Source: Schmidtea polychroa (taxonomy: Eukaryota). From it: a stretch of DNA of 64,000 nucleotides. The stretch spans positions 51,090,001 to 51,154,000 of the forward strand of contig CM097885.1 of assembly GCA_044892525.1 (NCBI GenBank). The letters are read 5' to 3'. Shown here in pieces: positions 1 through 10,581 of the stretch. The first letter of the stretch is position 1. Each line of letters begins with the position of its first letter. The notes below the pieces were generated by a model. That model had not been told where the DNA came from, searched no databases, and saw nothing but the letters and a program-made list of their open reading frames with translations. The translations under genes were made by a program, and so were the position numbers.

Positions 1-1
1 T

Positions 2-1260
2 ATGAAACAAACACATTGTCAAACAGGGGAATCGATTCTTGTTTATAATGTAGAAACAAATAAGTGTAATTTAGCGCACTTAAAAACTATGAACTTTAAA
101 GAGCTAGTAGGAGAACAGTTTAGAGATAAACCAGATAATTTCAATATGAATTATAGACCAAATAATACCATTAAATCAACCCCAGTATGGACAAAGCAAA
201 TGGGAACAGTTATAATGTCTACGTTACCAGCAGATGGAATGCGATTTATAAAAAAGGAAATCACAAATAAATGTGGTCGAATGGTATATGTAACAAATTA
301 TAAAGGTGTTTACGTGTCTAGAAATGTTGTGGAAGAAGCAAAAATTAAAATTCACAGAGATGACATTAAACTTACTCATTATTTTAATAATAAAATTGAT
401 TATTTGTTTCATTTTAGTCAAAACATCATGGAAAATGTATATAGAGAAATGATTCTGAACGATTGTAAGTTGAATAAAGAGATTCTCCGAAATCGGATGG
501 CGATGGCAATTACGAATTCAAATTTAGTAGCACCTATGCTAATATCAGAAAATGGAGTGTTTGCGAGAATATTTGGAGAAGCATTATACAGTTACAAATG
601 CAAAGAAGTCACAGTGAAAATTGCCAAATACGAAAAATGTACGAATGAATTACCAGTAAGCTTTGGGGGAAAGGTACGATTTATGGAACCGATAACTAGA
701 ATCTTGCTTGATGAACAAACTAAACCAAAACTTTTGCAATGCAATCGATTATTAGCCCCTTTATACCGATTAGCTACAGACTCATGGATAGCCTTACCAG
801 ATTATCGTGGGGTCAAGACTCCAGACAAACTAGAATTAACAAATTTAGAATACCTGATAAATTTCACATCACTAAACAAAATGGCACAAATGGGCTTGTA
901 TGCAAGCGAAGATATTGAAGAAGCTCAAAGGAATTTGTTGTTTCCATCCAAAAAGGAACGGATAATTTCAGAAATGATTGACACAGTATTACCGAATGGA
1001 GAAGGAACAGTAAATTACGAAAATTTGCTAACACCTGATCATTTCAAACGAGCTACATATAAAACGATGGAAAAGAGTTGGGGCAAGTTCATGTTTTTGG
1101 GACAAGCATGTGCAGGTTTAATTGGAATTTACGTGATTATGATAACGGCAAAGGTGGTAGTGTCGCAAATGTTGTCAGTACATCGAATATACGCAATATC
1201 GGGATGGTCATGGAAATTAGTTATTGGTTGTATTCCATTGTTGGCTAGATTCTTTATTAC
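2..1260 (+). other. Chuvirus-like / class III-type viral fusion glycoprotein domain (C-terminal half and membrane anchors)
   Basis: Cys-spaced ectodomain motifs YFNNKIDY, GEALYSYKCKEV, CTNELPV, FMEPITRIL, then WGKFMFLGQACAGLIGIYVI...GWSWKL; these match my recollection of the chuvirus G consensus. Confidence 0.8.
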
Positions 1261-4200
1261 AGATCATCAATTTAAAGAAATGGCAAGAGTAAGGGCACAA
1301 TTAAGAAATGGCCGAAAAAGTGAGGAATCGACGTGTCAGTCGGAAGATAAAAACGACGATCATAATGATGATAACAACAACGGGGAATCGGAGTATAAAT
1401 GCTTTCGAAAAAGTGTAATAAAGAGTAAAGTAGAGCCAGAGTCCAGGTTCTTGCTTGAACCAATGCCAAAATTAAGCGGGATTGATACTCTTAGTAGATG
1501 GTATACCCCGACATTTAGACCAACAGCACCAATATATCCAAATGAACAATTAAAAGAAATGAAACCTGTAGATAATATCACAATCGAATTAGAGAAGATT
1601 GAACCAACGAGTGCTGAAATTGAAAGAAAGAATATGCTTGGTCTACCATGCAGCTATGCACTAATGACAACAGTAGTAGGAGGAAAACAACCTCGAATAA
1701 ACATACAGTTTAACAAGAGAAAAGTGGAAGCTTTATTAGACTCAGGCTCAAGTCATACTATAGTAGCGGAAAGTTTCTTGACGTATCAGGAGAAAGCCAA
1801 AATAAAACCAACGAATCACATTATTAAATCAATGTCACATAATGCACTAAATATTGTTGGAAAATTAGAAGTTAAACTGATAATTGGAGAGCAAGAAATA
1901 ATTCATTGGGTATCAGTGATGAGAAAAAGTCCTGTAAAATGTCTAATTGGCATGGATGTCATGGAGCAACTACATGGAATCTCTCTTGATCTGAGAACTG
2001 GAAAACTAATAAAAGGACAAATGGGTGAAGTAGTGCCTGAAGTAGGAGAGGTATTTCTAAACCAAACATTGGAAGTACCACCAAAAAGCGAAGTAATCTA
2101 CTATGCAGATGTTATGAGGGTCTCAGATGAGGAGTACATATTTGAGCCAAATCAAAAGCTGGTTGAAAAATACGATGTGCCTATGTGTGATGAAGTAGTG
2201 AAAGTCCAAAATAAGTCAGTACCAGTTAGAATAGCGAATTATAGTGCAAGATCCGTTGAGATAAAACCCAAAACCAAATTGGGAAAATTAACAAAAATCA
2301 AATCAGAGGAAGCTCAGAAGTTACCGAGAAATATAAAAATTTATAAAGAACCTCAGATCACAAGCAAAGATTTGACGGATTTGCAAAAACAAGAATTCGG
2401 TGCATTATTAAAGAAATATAGAAATGTATTTGCAAAACATGAGTATGATCTGGGACTCACTCAGGTGATTGAGCATGAAATACCATTACTCAACGAAACC
2501 CCAATAAAATTACGGCCGTATAGAATACCATACATACATCAGGAAGAAAGTGATCGGCAAATCAAAGCAATGAAAGAATTCAATATAATAAGAGATAGTT
2601 CCTCACCATTCTCATCATCAATAGTAGTAGTTAAAAAGAAGGACGGTGATTTAAGATTTTGTGTCGACTATCGAAAATTGAACCAAGTAACGAGAAAAGA
2701 TACATATCCTATTCCTGTTCCACAGGAAATGTTCGATCAGATGGGGGAGGTGCAATATTTTACGGTAATAGATCTTAATAAAGGATACAATCAATTTAAA
2801 GTCAAAGAGGAAGATAGAAGGAAAACTGCATTTTCAGATGGGAAGGGTTTATATGAGTATAACGTGTTACCATTCGGATTAACAGGAGCACCTGCTACAT
2901 TTCAGAGAGGTATGAATTTTGTTTTGCGCGATATACCACATGCATTAGTGTATATTGACGATATTATAATATTTTCGAATAGTTTTCAGGAACATTTGCA
3001 GGATGTGGAAACAGTATTCAAGCGATTGTTAGAAGCAAACTTAAAAATAAAACCCTCCAAATGTGAATGGGGGAAATCTGAAGTCGTTTATGTGGGTCAT
3101 ATCATTTCGCGTCGAGGGTTGCAACCAAATCCAGAAAATGTAGAAAAAATTGGGAAATATCCTATTCCCAAGGATGTAGATCAGGTTCGACAATTTCTGG
3201 GATTAGCCAGTTATTACAGAAAGTTTATTAAAAGTTTCTCACACGTAGCACAACCTTTGAACATGTTATTGAAAAAGCAAGCAAAATTTAAATGGACAAC
3301 AGCTCAGCAAGAAGCGTTTGATAAACTCAAAGAAAGCTTAATAAAACAGCCGATATTAAGATGTCCGAACTTTAAAAAACCGTTTATATTAATGACAGAT
3401 GCCAGTAATTTCGCATTAGGCGCGGTATTAGGACAGCAAGTAGAAGGGGAAAAAGATCATGTAATTGCTTATGCCAGCAGATCATTGAAACCTCATGAAA
3501 AGAATTATTCAACAATCGAAAAGGAAACGTTAGCATTGGTATATGGGATAACTACTTTTCGACAATATCTAGTGGGCAGAAAATTTGTCGTCTTTACAGA
3601 TCACAATCCGTTACAATGGCTAATGAAGCACAGAGATTCGGCCAGTAAATTAATTAGGTGGTCAATTGCGTTACAAGAATATGATTTCGAGATAAAGTAT
3701 CGTACAGGAAAATCAAATGCAAATGCGGATGCTATGTCGAGAATACCCGTAGAAAATAATGTTGATCAAGATGAGAAAAATTGCGAAAATACAATATTCT
3801 TGGCAATTAAAACGGTAAATAATATCGAAAAATTACAAGATGATCAGGAAAATGACGAGGAATTAAATCAGTTACGTCAACATGCTGTCTCAATCAAAAA
3901 GGAGAGTGACTGGAAACATATTGCCGAAGAGAACCATAAATACATTATTCATGATGGTTTGTTAAAATGTGTACAAAATGAAAATTTGTTAATTATTGTT
4001 CCGACAAAACATCGAAAAGCATTGCTGTTGTTGTATCACGATGGAGCATTAGGAGGGCATTTATCAGCGCGAAAAACATTATCAAGATTGAAACAGAAAT
4101 ATTATTGGAAAACGATGGAACAAGATGTCAGACAATGGTGTCATACGTGTGAGATATGCCTAACAAGACGAAATACGGGACGGAAAATAAAAGTTCCGCT

Positions 4201-6379
4201 TAAGCCTATGCCAGTGCCAAAGGCGCCAATGGAAATGACAGCAATGGACATCGTTGGTCCATTGCCGGAAACAACAAATGGCAACAAATACATTATCGTT
4301 TTTTGCGATTATCTTACTAAATGGCCAGAAGCTTATGCAATGCCAAATCAGAAAGCAGAAACAGTTGCGAAAATATTTGTGGAGAATATTATTTTTCGAT
4401 ACGGAGCACCAAAGAAATTACTTACAGATCAAGGAACAAATTTTCAGAGTGAATTATTTAAATCAATCACAGATTTATTTGGTATATTAAAACTTAGTAC
4501 CTCACCATATCATCCACAAACAGATGGTCTAGTTGAAAGATTTAATGGGACACTAATTAATATGATATCATCCTATGTAAATAGGAAACAAAAGGATTGG
4601 GATTTATTCATTAAACCATGCCTATTTGCATACCGGAATGCAGTAAATGAAAGCACTGGAGAAACACCCTTTTATCTCATGTATCTACGGCGAAACAATA
4701 TGCCAGTCGATCTAGAATTTCAGTCACCTATTTCCCAATATATGGATGTGTCAGATTATAAAATAGCTATGCATGAAAGACTACAGTCAGTATGGATCCA
4801 AGCTGGACTTAACATAAGGCATCATCAAGAAGCGTATAAAGAATGCTATGATAAACGCGCACGGGCGCATGACATTAAAATTGGAGATCTCGTGTATATA
4901 AACAAACCAGAACCAACAAAAGGCTTGTCAACGAAATTGCAACGACCGTTTAAAGGACCATATCTAGTGTGTGATACGACAGAGACTAACTTAAAATTGC
5001 GTCCACAAAACAATAAAAAGGCTGGGACAATCATCGTTCATGTAAACAGATGCAAGAAGATAATAGAAGATGAATCACGTTATCCATTGAGATCAAAACC
5101 AAATAAAGATGCAGGGAACCCAGTAATTAAACAAAAGTTTACAAAAAACCCTGCTCCATTGAGTTACATCAATAAAGTTTTATTGATTACAACAGTAATG
5201 ATTATCAATATAATGTCAGTAAATGCAGTGAGAGTATTCCCGTTATATGCAACTAATACAGTTGTATTATTAGACAAAGTTCATATTTATTCAACATGTA
5301 CTCAAATAGTTTGGGTTTATTATGCTGGAGGAGCAGAAGAAATAGAGATAGATAATCTAATAAACTATTTCGAACCCCCAATAAAATTGAACAGCACCAA
5401 AAATATTTATGTGGCTAGACAATTAACAATGAATTATGAATACCCTTGGTTAATTACGCAATTGGATTCGAAAAGTAATAATACAAAAATACAAAATCTT
5501 ATACGTATTAATATTTGGACAAAGAGATTACATAATCGAGTATCAATTGAACCACTGGTAAATGGAATTGACATATATTGGGAACCCCAGGAATCCCAAC
5601 AAGTAAAAGCAGTTTTTCAAAATTATGCGATAGATACATTGAATAGCAGAAAACCCTTTATAAAGTATGCAAATTTAAAATTACATCATAACTATAATAT
5701 TCTGATTCATTATTATGAAAAATCTTTATATGAAAACGGAACTGAAATTGATAGTCAATGGATCAGAATACACTCTAGTCAACATATGATACGATTAGTT
5801 AATGAAACAAATCGGGTTACTTTTCATATTTTCAATCAATTAGTGAATGTTACCCGACAAGCGGAGCCCAATCAAAAAGCTATTTTATATTATTATGGAA
5901 AAATTCAATCGATATTAAATGAAAAAAATAAATCTCAAATATTAACTTTTCGTCAACGTTCACCAATATCGACGTCAAAATTTGTGTTCATTAAAATAAA
6001 ATACTATAGACGTTCTCTATTTTCAAATTTATGGCAATTAACATTAGTGGAAAATAAAATTGTGCAAATTCCATCTATTAACTCGCAGTATGGAAATCGA
6101 AACAAATCAAATCAGTCCAACCGAACCCCTAGCTCTGTCAACGTAATCATCTTTTCTAGCATCAATGAGTCAATGACTAATAACAAAACCATATCGTCAT
6201 TAAAAACTGACAGTGAAATTGTGTGTGTAACATTATTAATAACTACTCTCATTATAACAATCTCTCTCATTATTCTCATTATCATTGTGCTAATTGAATT
6301 TCGAACAATACCCAAACCTTCTACGAATCGATCCGAGATTGCGAGACCTTGGATCGTTTATGAAGAAACATTTGTGTAG
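2..6379 (+). CDS. Polyprotein, probably 5'-partial: chuvirus-like glycoprotein, aspartic protease, RT, RNase H, integrase, second membrane glycoprotein
   Basis: 2125 aa with no stop. Motifs: ALLDSGS (PR); RFCVDYRKLN, LPFGLTGAPATFQR, YIDD (RT); TDAS, YSTIEKE, TDHNPL (RH); HDGALGGH..CHTCEIC, DIVGP, TDQG, PQTDGLVERFN, GPY (IN). Confidence 0.95.
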   Translation: MKQTHCQTGESILVYNVETNKCNLAHLKTMNFKELVGEQFRDKPDNFNMNYRPNNTIKSTPVWTKQMGTVIMSTLPADGMRFIKKEITNKCGRMVYVTNYKGVYVSRNVVEEAKIKIHRDDIKLTHYFNNKIDYLFHFSQNIMENVYREMILNDCKLNKEILRNRMAMAITNSNLVAPMLISENGVFARIFGEALYSYKCKEVTVKIAKYEKCTNELPVSFGGKVRFMEPITRILLDEQTKPKLLQCNRLLAPLYRLATDSWIALPDYRGVKTPDKLELTNLEYLINFTSLNKMAQMGLYASEDIEEAQRNLLFPSKKERIISEMIDTVLPNGEGTVNYENLLTPDHFKRATYKTMEKSWGKFMFLGQACAGLIGIYVIMITAKVVVSQMLSVHRIYAISGWSWKLVIGCIPLLARFFITDHQFKEMARVRAQLRNGRKSEESTCQSEDKNDDHNDDNNNGESEYKCFRKSVIKSKVEPESRFLLEPMPKLSGIDTLSRWYTPTFRPTAPIYPNEQLKEMKPVDNITIELEKIEPTSAEIERKNMLGLPCSYALMTTVVGGKQPRINIQFNKRKVEALLDSGSSHTIVAESFLTYQEKAKIKPTNHIIKSMSHNALNIVGKLEVKLIIGEQEIIHWVSVMRKSPVKCLIGMDVMEQLHGISLDLRTGKLIKGQMGEVVPEVGEVFLNQTLEVPPKSEVIYYADVMRVSDEEYIFEPNQKLVEKYDVPMCDEVVKVQNKSVPVRIANYSARSVEIKPKTKLGKLTKIKSEEAQKLPRNIKIYKEPQITSKDLTDLQKQEFGALLKKYRNVFAKHEYDLGLTQVIEHEIPLLNETPIKLRPYRIPYIHQEESDRQIKAMKEFNIIRDSSSPFSSSIVVVKKKDGDLRFCVDYRKLNQVTRKDTYPIPVPQEMFDQMGEVQYFTVIDLNKGYNQFKVKEEDRRKTAFSDGKGLYEYNVLPFGLTGAPATFQRGMNFVLRDIPHALVYIDDIIIFSNSFQEHLQDVETVFKRLLEANLKIKPSKCEWGKSEVVYVGHIISRRGLQPNPENVEKIGKYPIPKDVDQVRQFLGLASYYRKFIKSFSHVAQPLNMLLKKQAKFKWTTAQQEAFDKLKESLIKQPILRCPNFKKPFILMTDASNFALGAVLGQQVEGEKDHVIAYASRSLKPHEKNYSTIEKETLALVYGITTFRQYLVGRKFVVFTDHNPLQWLMKHRDSASKLIRWSIALQEYDFEIKYRTGKSNANADAMSRIPVENNVDQDEKNCENTIFLAIKTVNNIEKLQDDQENDEELNQLRQHAVSIKKESDWKHIAEENHKYIIHDGLLKCVQNENLLIIVPTKHRKALLLLYHDGALGGHLSARKTLSRLKQKYYWKTMEQDVRQWCHTCEICLTRRNTGRKIKVPLKPMPVPKAPMEMTAMDIVGPLPETTNGNKYIIVFCDYLTKWPEAYAMPNQKAETVAKIFVENIIFRYGAPKKLLTDQGTNFQSELFKSITDLFGILKLSTSPYHPQTDGLVERFNGTLINMISSYVNRKQKDWDLFIKPCLFAYRNAVNESTGETPFYLMYLRRNNMPVDLEFQSPISQYMDVSDYKIAMHERLQSVWIQAGLNIRHHQEAYKECYDKRARAHDIKIGDLVYINKPEPTKGLSTKLQRPFKGPYLVCDTTETNLKLRPQNNKKAGTIIVHVNRCKKIIEDESRYPLRSKPNKDAGNPVIKQKFTKNPAPLSYINKVLLITTVMIINIMSVNAVRVFPLYATNTVVLLDKVHIYSTCTQIVWVYYAGGAEEIEIDNLINYFEPPIKLNSTKNIYVARQLTMNYEYPWLITQLDSKSNNTKIQNLIRINIWTKRLHNRVSIEPLVNGIDIYWEPQESQQVKAVFQNYAIDTLNSRKPFIKYANLKLHHNYNILIHYYEKSLYENGTEIDSQWIRIHSSQHMIRLVNETNRVTFHIFNQLVNVTRQAEPNQKAILYYYGKIQSILNEKNKSQILTFRQRSPISTSKFVFIKIKYYRRSLFSNLWQLTLVENKIVQIPSINSQYGNRNKSNQSNRTPSSVNVIIFSSINESMTNNKTISSLKTDSEIVCVTLLITTLIITISLIILIIIVLIEFRTIPKPSTNRSEIARPWIVYEETFV
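5177..6379 (+). other. Post-integrase type-I membrane glycoprotein domain, possibly FN3-like
   Basis: Signal-like segment VLLITTVMIINIMSVNA (5177-5227), about ten N-x-S/T sequons, 26-aa TM (6218-6295), short tail ending ETFV. Confidence 0.65.
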
Positions 6380-6808
6380 TAAGACATAAATACTTTGCAT
6401 GCAAAAAATTGATAAAGTAGTAGTAGTAATATAGTATAAATATTTTATGGATATTATTAATATTTATTTCATTATGGATATGATCAATATTTCATTTTAT
6501 TTTACTTGTGAATCTGCACTTTTCAATGTCAACGGAAAGAATCAATTTGATTGGTTAGCGCTGTGTTAAGGGGGAGAGAAAAACGGGGTTAAGGGAATTT
6601 TCATAAGGGTATTAAAAGAGGGTAAAATCCATTAAACTCCATTAATTAAAAAAAAAAAAAAAATATCAATAAATTAACTAAACGGTAATTATTATTATTT
6701 ATTTATATAACTAGTCGGTGGGACGGTATCCTTTGGGTACCCCATCTCACCCTAGTGTTAAAATTAAATTAACTTCAAATTTTAATTATATGACTATTGT
6801 AGAAAAAA

Positions 6809-8278
6809 ATGGAACAAATACAGTTGGCAAGATCCACCTACGACAGTTACTTCAAGATGCAGAAAAATCATGCCAGCCAACAATTATACGAAATCAATGA
6901 AAATTTACAAATTCCAAATTATTTGCGGATAGATGACAGAAGAATGAAGATACGAATGTTTACAATAAGGAGAAATTCAGAATTGAAATTGACAGATGAA
7001 ATTGAGTTGTCTCAGAAGGAAGAATATCATCTACATGTGATCAAGGGTACCGTTGAGGTACTGACGAATGACAACAAAGTGTGTTGGGAACTAAAAAAAT
7101 TTACGTCGTGGAAGCTGCAGAGAGACTTCATGTGGAGAACGTTACGAGCAGCGAATGAAGAAACAACCATGGTAGTGGAAATCAGAATCGAAAATGAAGC
7201 GAACGAAGTTCCGCAGATGCAGCCAAGTGCAAGAGAAGATCCAATGTTAATGAAAATTTCGAAAGAAATGTTGAAAAGGAAAATGTCGTTTCTCAGAAAA
7301 GAAATGGATCTAGAAGAAATCCGCAATAGAATATTATTCATTGATGCTGAATATGGCACATCAGAGCAAGGGAAAATGATCCCTTTAGCAATAGCAATTA
7401 TGAATTATTATGGAAAAGTAGTAAAAGATGTATACCTCACTCCAAGAGGAAAAATCCGACATTTTAATTCAAGGATCCATGGAATTACAGAAGTGGCTAG
7501 CAGGAACCAATGTGATCAATACGTGGCAATAAAAGAAATTCAACGCTTGACAGTGGGCAAGATATTGATCGGCCATGATTTACATGCAGAATTACAATAC
7601 TTGGGGATATGGATTGAACAATTGTACGGCATTCGAGATCTAGCAGCAGCACCAATACTTCAGAACATGGGAGTAACCATAAGGGGAGAATGGTTCAAAC
7701 TACAAACAGTGGTGAAAGAAATATGTGGAGAACAGACTCAGATGAGTATTCATTCGGCTCTCGAGGACGTGAAAAGTATACGCAAGGTATACCAGAAAGT
7801 AGAAAGTCAATGGATTGATGACATACCGATGCCCAAAAATCAACCGTCAAAGCGATATTCGTGGGACGAATATAAGAAGCTTCGGGAAATTGAATCAACA
7901 TCAACTGCAATACCAGAAAAACTAACGCAAATTCCAATTGAAGATGTAATGGAATCTGAAGAAATTGATTTAACATTCGAGGAGAATGTGACGATGGATA
8001 GTGAAAATCCATTGATTCAATTGAAGTGGGCCAATGAATCATTCTTAGAAATTGCGGAAGAAGGTGTCGCATTAATGGAAAGCATTTCGATGATAAGGAT
8101 ACATCCAACACTTGAATATGGTCCAATGCCAGAATGTAGAAAATCCAAAAAGAGAAAAACAACTTCGAACATTGATGTCGGAGACACTGTTACTGTCAAT
8201 GGTGTAGTATATGAACGCGAAGAAACAATAATACGATATCGGCATGAAACGAAACGATTAGAAATAAAGATGGATTAA
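6809..8278 (+). CDS. DEDDh 3'-5' exonuclease (REX4/ISG20-like) with uncharacterised N- and C-terminal regions
   Basis: ExoI ILFIDAEYG, IHGITE, ExoII-like ILIGHDLHAEL, IRDLA, ExoIII HSALEDV; intronless 489 aa. Confidence 0.85.
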   Translation: MEQIQLARSTYDSYFKMQKNHASQQLYEINENLQIPNYLRIDDRRMKIRMFTIRRNSELKLTDEIELSQKEEYHLHVIKGTVEVLTNDNKVCWELKKFTSWKLQRDFMWRTLRAANEETTMVVEIRIENEANEVPQMQPSAREDPMLMKISKEMLKRKMSFLRKEMDLEEIRNRILFIDAEYGTSEQGKMIPLAIAIMNYYGKVVKDVYLTPRGKIRHFNSRIHGITEVASRNQCDQYVAIKEIQRLTVGKILIGHDLHAELQYLGIWIEQLYGIRDLAAAPILQNMGVTIRGEWFKLQTVVKEICGEQTQMSIHSALEDVKSIRKVYQKVESQWIDDIPMPKNQPSKRYSWDEYKKLREIESTSTAIPEKLTQIPIEDVMESEEIDLTFEENVTMDSENPLIQLKWANESFLEIAEEGVALMESISMIRIHPTLEYGPMPECRKSKKRKTTSNIDVGDTVTVNGVVYEREETIIRYRHETKRLEIKMD

Positions 8279-9022
8279 TTTTTATATATTGTATTTATAA
8301 AATAAATAATTGTGAACTCGATTTTGTCTCATGTATTTATTGACAGCGCATCAGTTAGACCCCAAAATAAGAATAAATAAGTAAATAATTGAGAGTAAAT
8401 AAATGATTAAATAAATAAATAAACTTATTATTGTGTATAACAACAAACACGTTTCCAATTGTCGGAGTTTGGCTACCCTGGACAACAATTGGAAATGTGT
8501 GGTTGTCAGTAGTCATTAATTTTTCCATTGAAATCGTTTATGAATAAATGGAACTATATCGTATCTAAATCTACATTTGGTTATAAGTTTCTCTGTGTAT
8601 CTCGGTGTCTCTATATCTATATTTATTTATCCAAAACCATTTATTTATATCTAGGCATAAAATTTGAGTATAGACTATTTTGCTTTGATAACTAAATATA
8701 ATTTTATAAAATTAGCCCATGACAATTGAATTTCAAATAGTGTAAAAAAATCAACAAAATTATATTAATTAATATCTACATACTTCATGGTTTCATACTC
8801 GCTTCGAAATCAACAATATTCATGTTTCGACGCACCATTTTAAGTTGGAAATAGATTTTCGATTTCCAGTTAATACAGTGACAATTGCGATAATTAATTT
8901 TAAGTATATGTTTCAATTTATTGTATTAAATCATCAAAGAATCTGAAAGTTATTTTACACAATATAATAAATAATCGATATAAGTTTATATTAACAAAAA
9001 AAAAAAAAAAAAATTTATCCAC

Positions 9023-9652
9023 CTGCATAAGAGGACGATCTTGAGGTAATAATAAATAAAGTGTACTTGAAAATTATGGTGTGTAAATTTATCAGCAATG
9101 GTTAATAAGTCATTACAAGCATGAGTATCAGCAAAGGCTCGGATACCTAAGCAATTAGATGGATCAAGCTGCTGTTTTAAAAATTCACAACAAACATCTT
9201 GAATTTCTGATAATTGTAATAAACAAGCAGCTGGTAGTAAACACTGTACATTCCACTCTTCAATAACAATTTGAGATGTATAACAAAATTCTACCAATGC
9301 TTCAACAGCACGTTCATCGATATCCCTTAATGTTACCTAATATCGTTTGATAAAGATAACCAAATAGTTAATTACTTCATTTTGTAGTGATTCAGATAAT
9401 TCGCCAGTAAACATAGCTTTAAAATAAGGACTACATGCAGATAACACAATTCTATGGACTAAGATTTTTTTGTTGACCAACAATCAAGGCTACGTCACAT
9501 AATTCGCCGTGTTTTCTTAGTTGATTAATGGATTCCAAAGTAATTTTTGGGTGCTTCTCAGAGAAGTAGCATAATTTGTTAAACGGATTAGAATTGAATG
9601 CACCCCCAGAACATTGATCTCCAGTAATAATCTTTTTCTCATTTTGTTGCAC
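9023..9652 (-). pseudogene. KLHL20: Kelch-like 20 / diablo-like BTB gene fragment (frameshift, BACK domain missing, no kelch repeats)
   Basis: [33 protein letters not shown], 39-nt intron (9337-9375), [40 protein letters not shown], then [12 protein letters not shown] only 8 nt later; extra A in run near 9466. Confidence 0.85.
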
Positions 9653-10109
9653 ATCACAATAGTTAATAGAAAATGGTTAAAAATATGAAGAAATAAATAA
9701 AATCCCTTACTTATTAATAAATTATTCACCAACCATTCAAATCAAACTACGAGTCGTACCGAGGATTTCCGCGGCTTCGGTGCGTTCGGAGGCTTTTGAT
9801 TGGCTTTCTCCTTATCTCGTGTAAGAACTGAAAGAAGAAAGAAATAAATCTATTTTGCGAAACAAAATTAAATTACCCTTGAATTAGTTGTCCAAATTGT
9901 AGATATGAAAAAAATTCAATTTGATTGACCATATCAATAATTTCTGCAATTAGATAGAATCAGTGGGTAATGCAAATATGAAATTGAGAAAGGAATTCAA
10001 ACAATAATTTGATAATATTTAATTGATTGCCCTCAACTGCAATTAAATTTGTTGCTCATTAGTAAAATGAGTTCGAGATTTACAAAATTGCAAGAAAAAG
10101 AAAAATTGA

Positions 10110-10141
10110 TATAATAATAATAATTATTATTATTGTTGTTG

Positions 10142-10195
<54 letters not shown>

Positions 10196-10255
10196 ATTAT
10201 GAATATTGTTATTAGTATTGTTGTTGTTATTATTATTATTAGTATTATTATTGTC

Positions 10256-10294
<39 letters not shown>

Positions 10295-10296
10295 GC

Positions 10297-10353
<57 letters not shown>

Positions 10354-10510
10354 AAAAAAATCATAATATAATAATTAGATATAATAATTAGATATAATAA
10401 TTATTGCTATTATTGTTATTATCGTTATTATTGTTATCGGTAGGAATTATTGTTATTATTATCGGTAGTATTATTATCGTCATTATTATTGTTATTAGTA
10501 ACATTATTAT
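10110..10510. repeat. (ATT)n microsatellite / degenerate low-complexity tract
   Basis: Visible trinucleotide repeat. Confidence 0.95.
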
Positions 10511-10566
10511 TTATAATGGTAAATTAGACTTATTATATACATGCAGATTCGAGGTCGAATCTAAAT

Positions 10567-10581
10567 AAAAGGGGGGAGATA
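10567..10581 (+). promoter_or_regulatory. Polypurine tract
   Basis: AAAAGGGGGGAGATA immediately before TGTTGGG. Confidence 0.75.

Larger units (their letters stand above)
1..8278 (+). mobile_element. Ty3/Gypsy-type LTR retroelement with envelope-like genes (5' end outside window; 3' boundary uncertain, possibly 11445)
   Basis: Pol domain order PR-RT-RH-IN with Gypsy-type motifs in one intact ORF, followed by an intronless same-strand accessory ORF. Confidence 0.9.

Noticed and set aside
2040..2300. Extra domain between protease and RT
   Set aside because: A dUTPase-like linker pattern common in animal Gypsy elements; not novel
6564..8442. Alternative 3' LTR (TGTTA...TAACA) enclosing the exonuclease ORF
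   Set aside because: No PPT directly upstream and no second copy in the window; cannot be supported here, though not excluded
9755..9950. Exon-like segments upstream of the KLHL20 fragment with a 48-nt GT-AG intron
   Set aside because: Frame and identity unresolved; could be UTR or a neighbouring gene end
10133..10391. Poly-Leu/Ile ORFs here and at 14063, 43649, 43720, 44996 and 45244
   Set aside because: Translations of (ATT)n microsatellites
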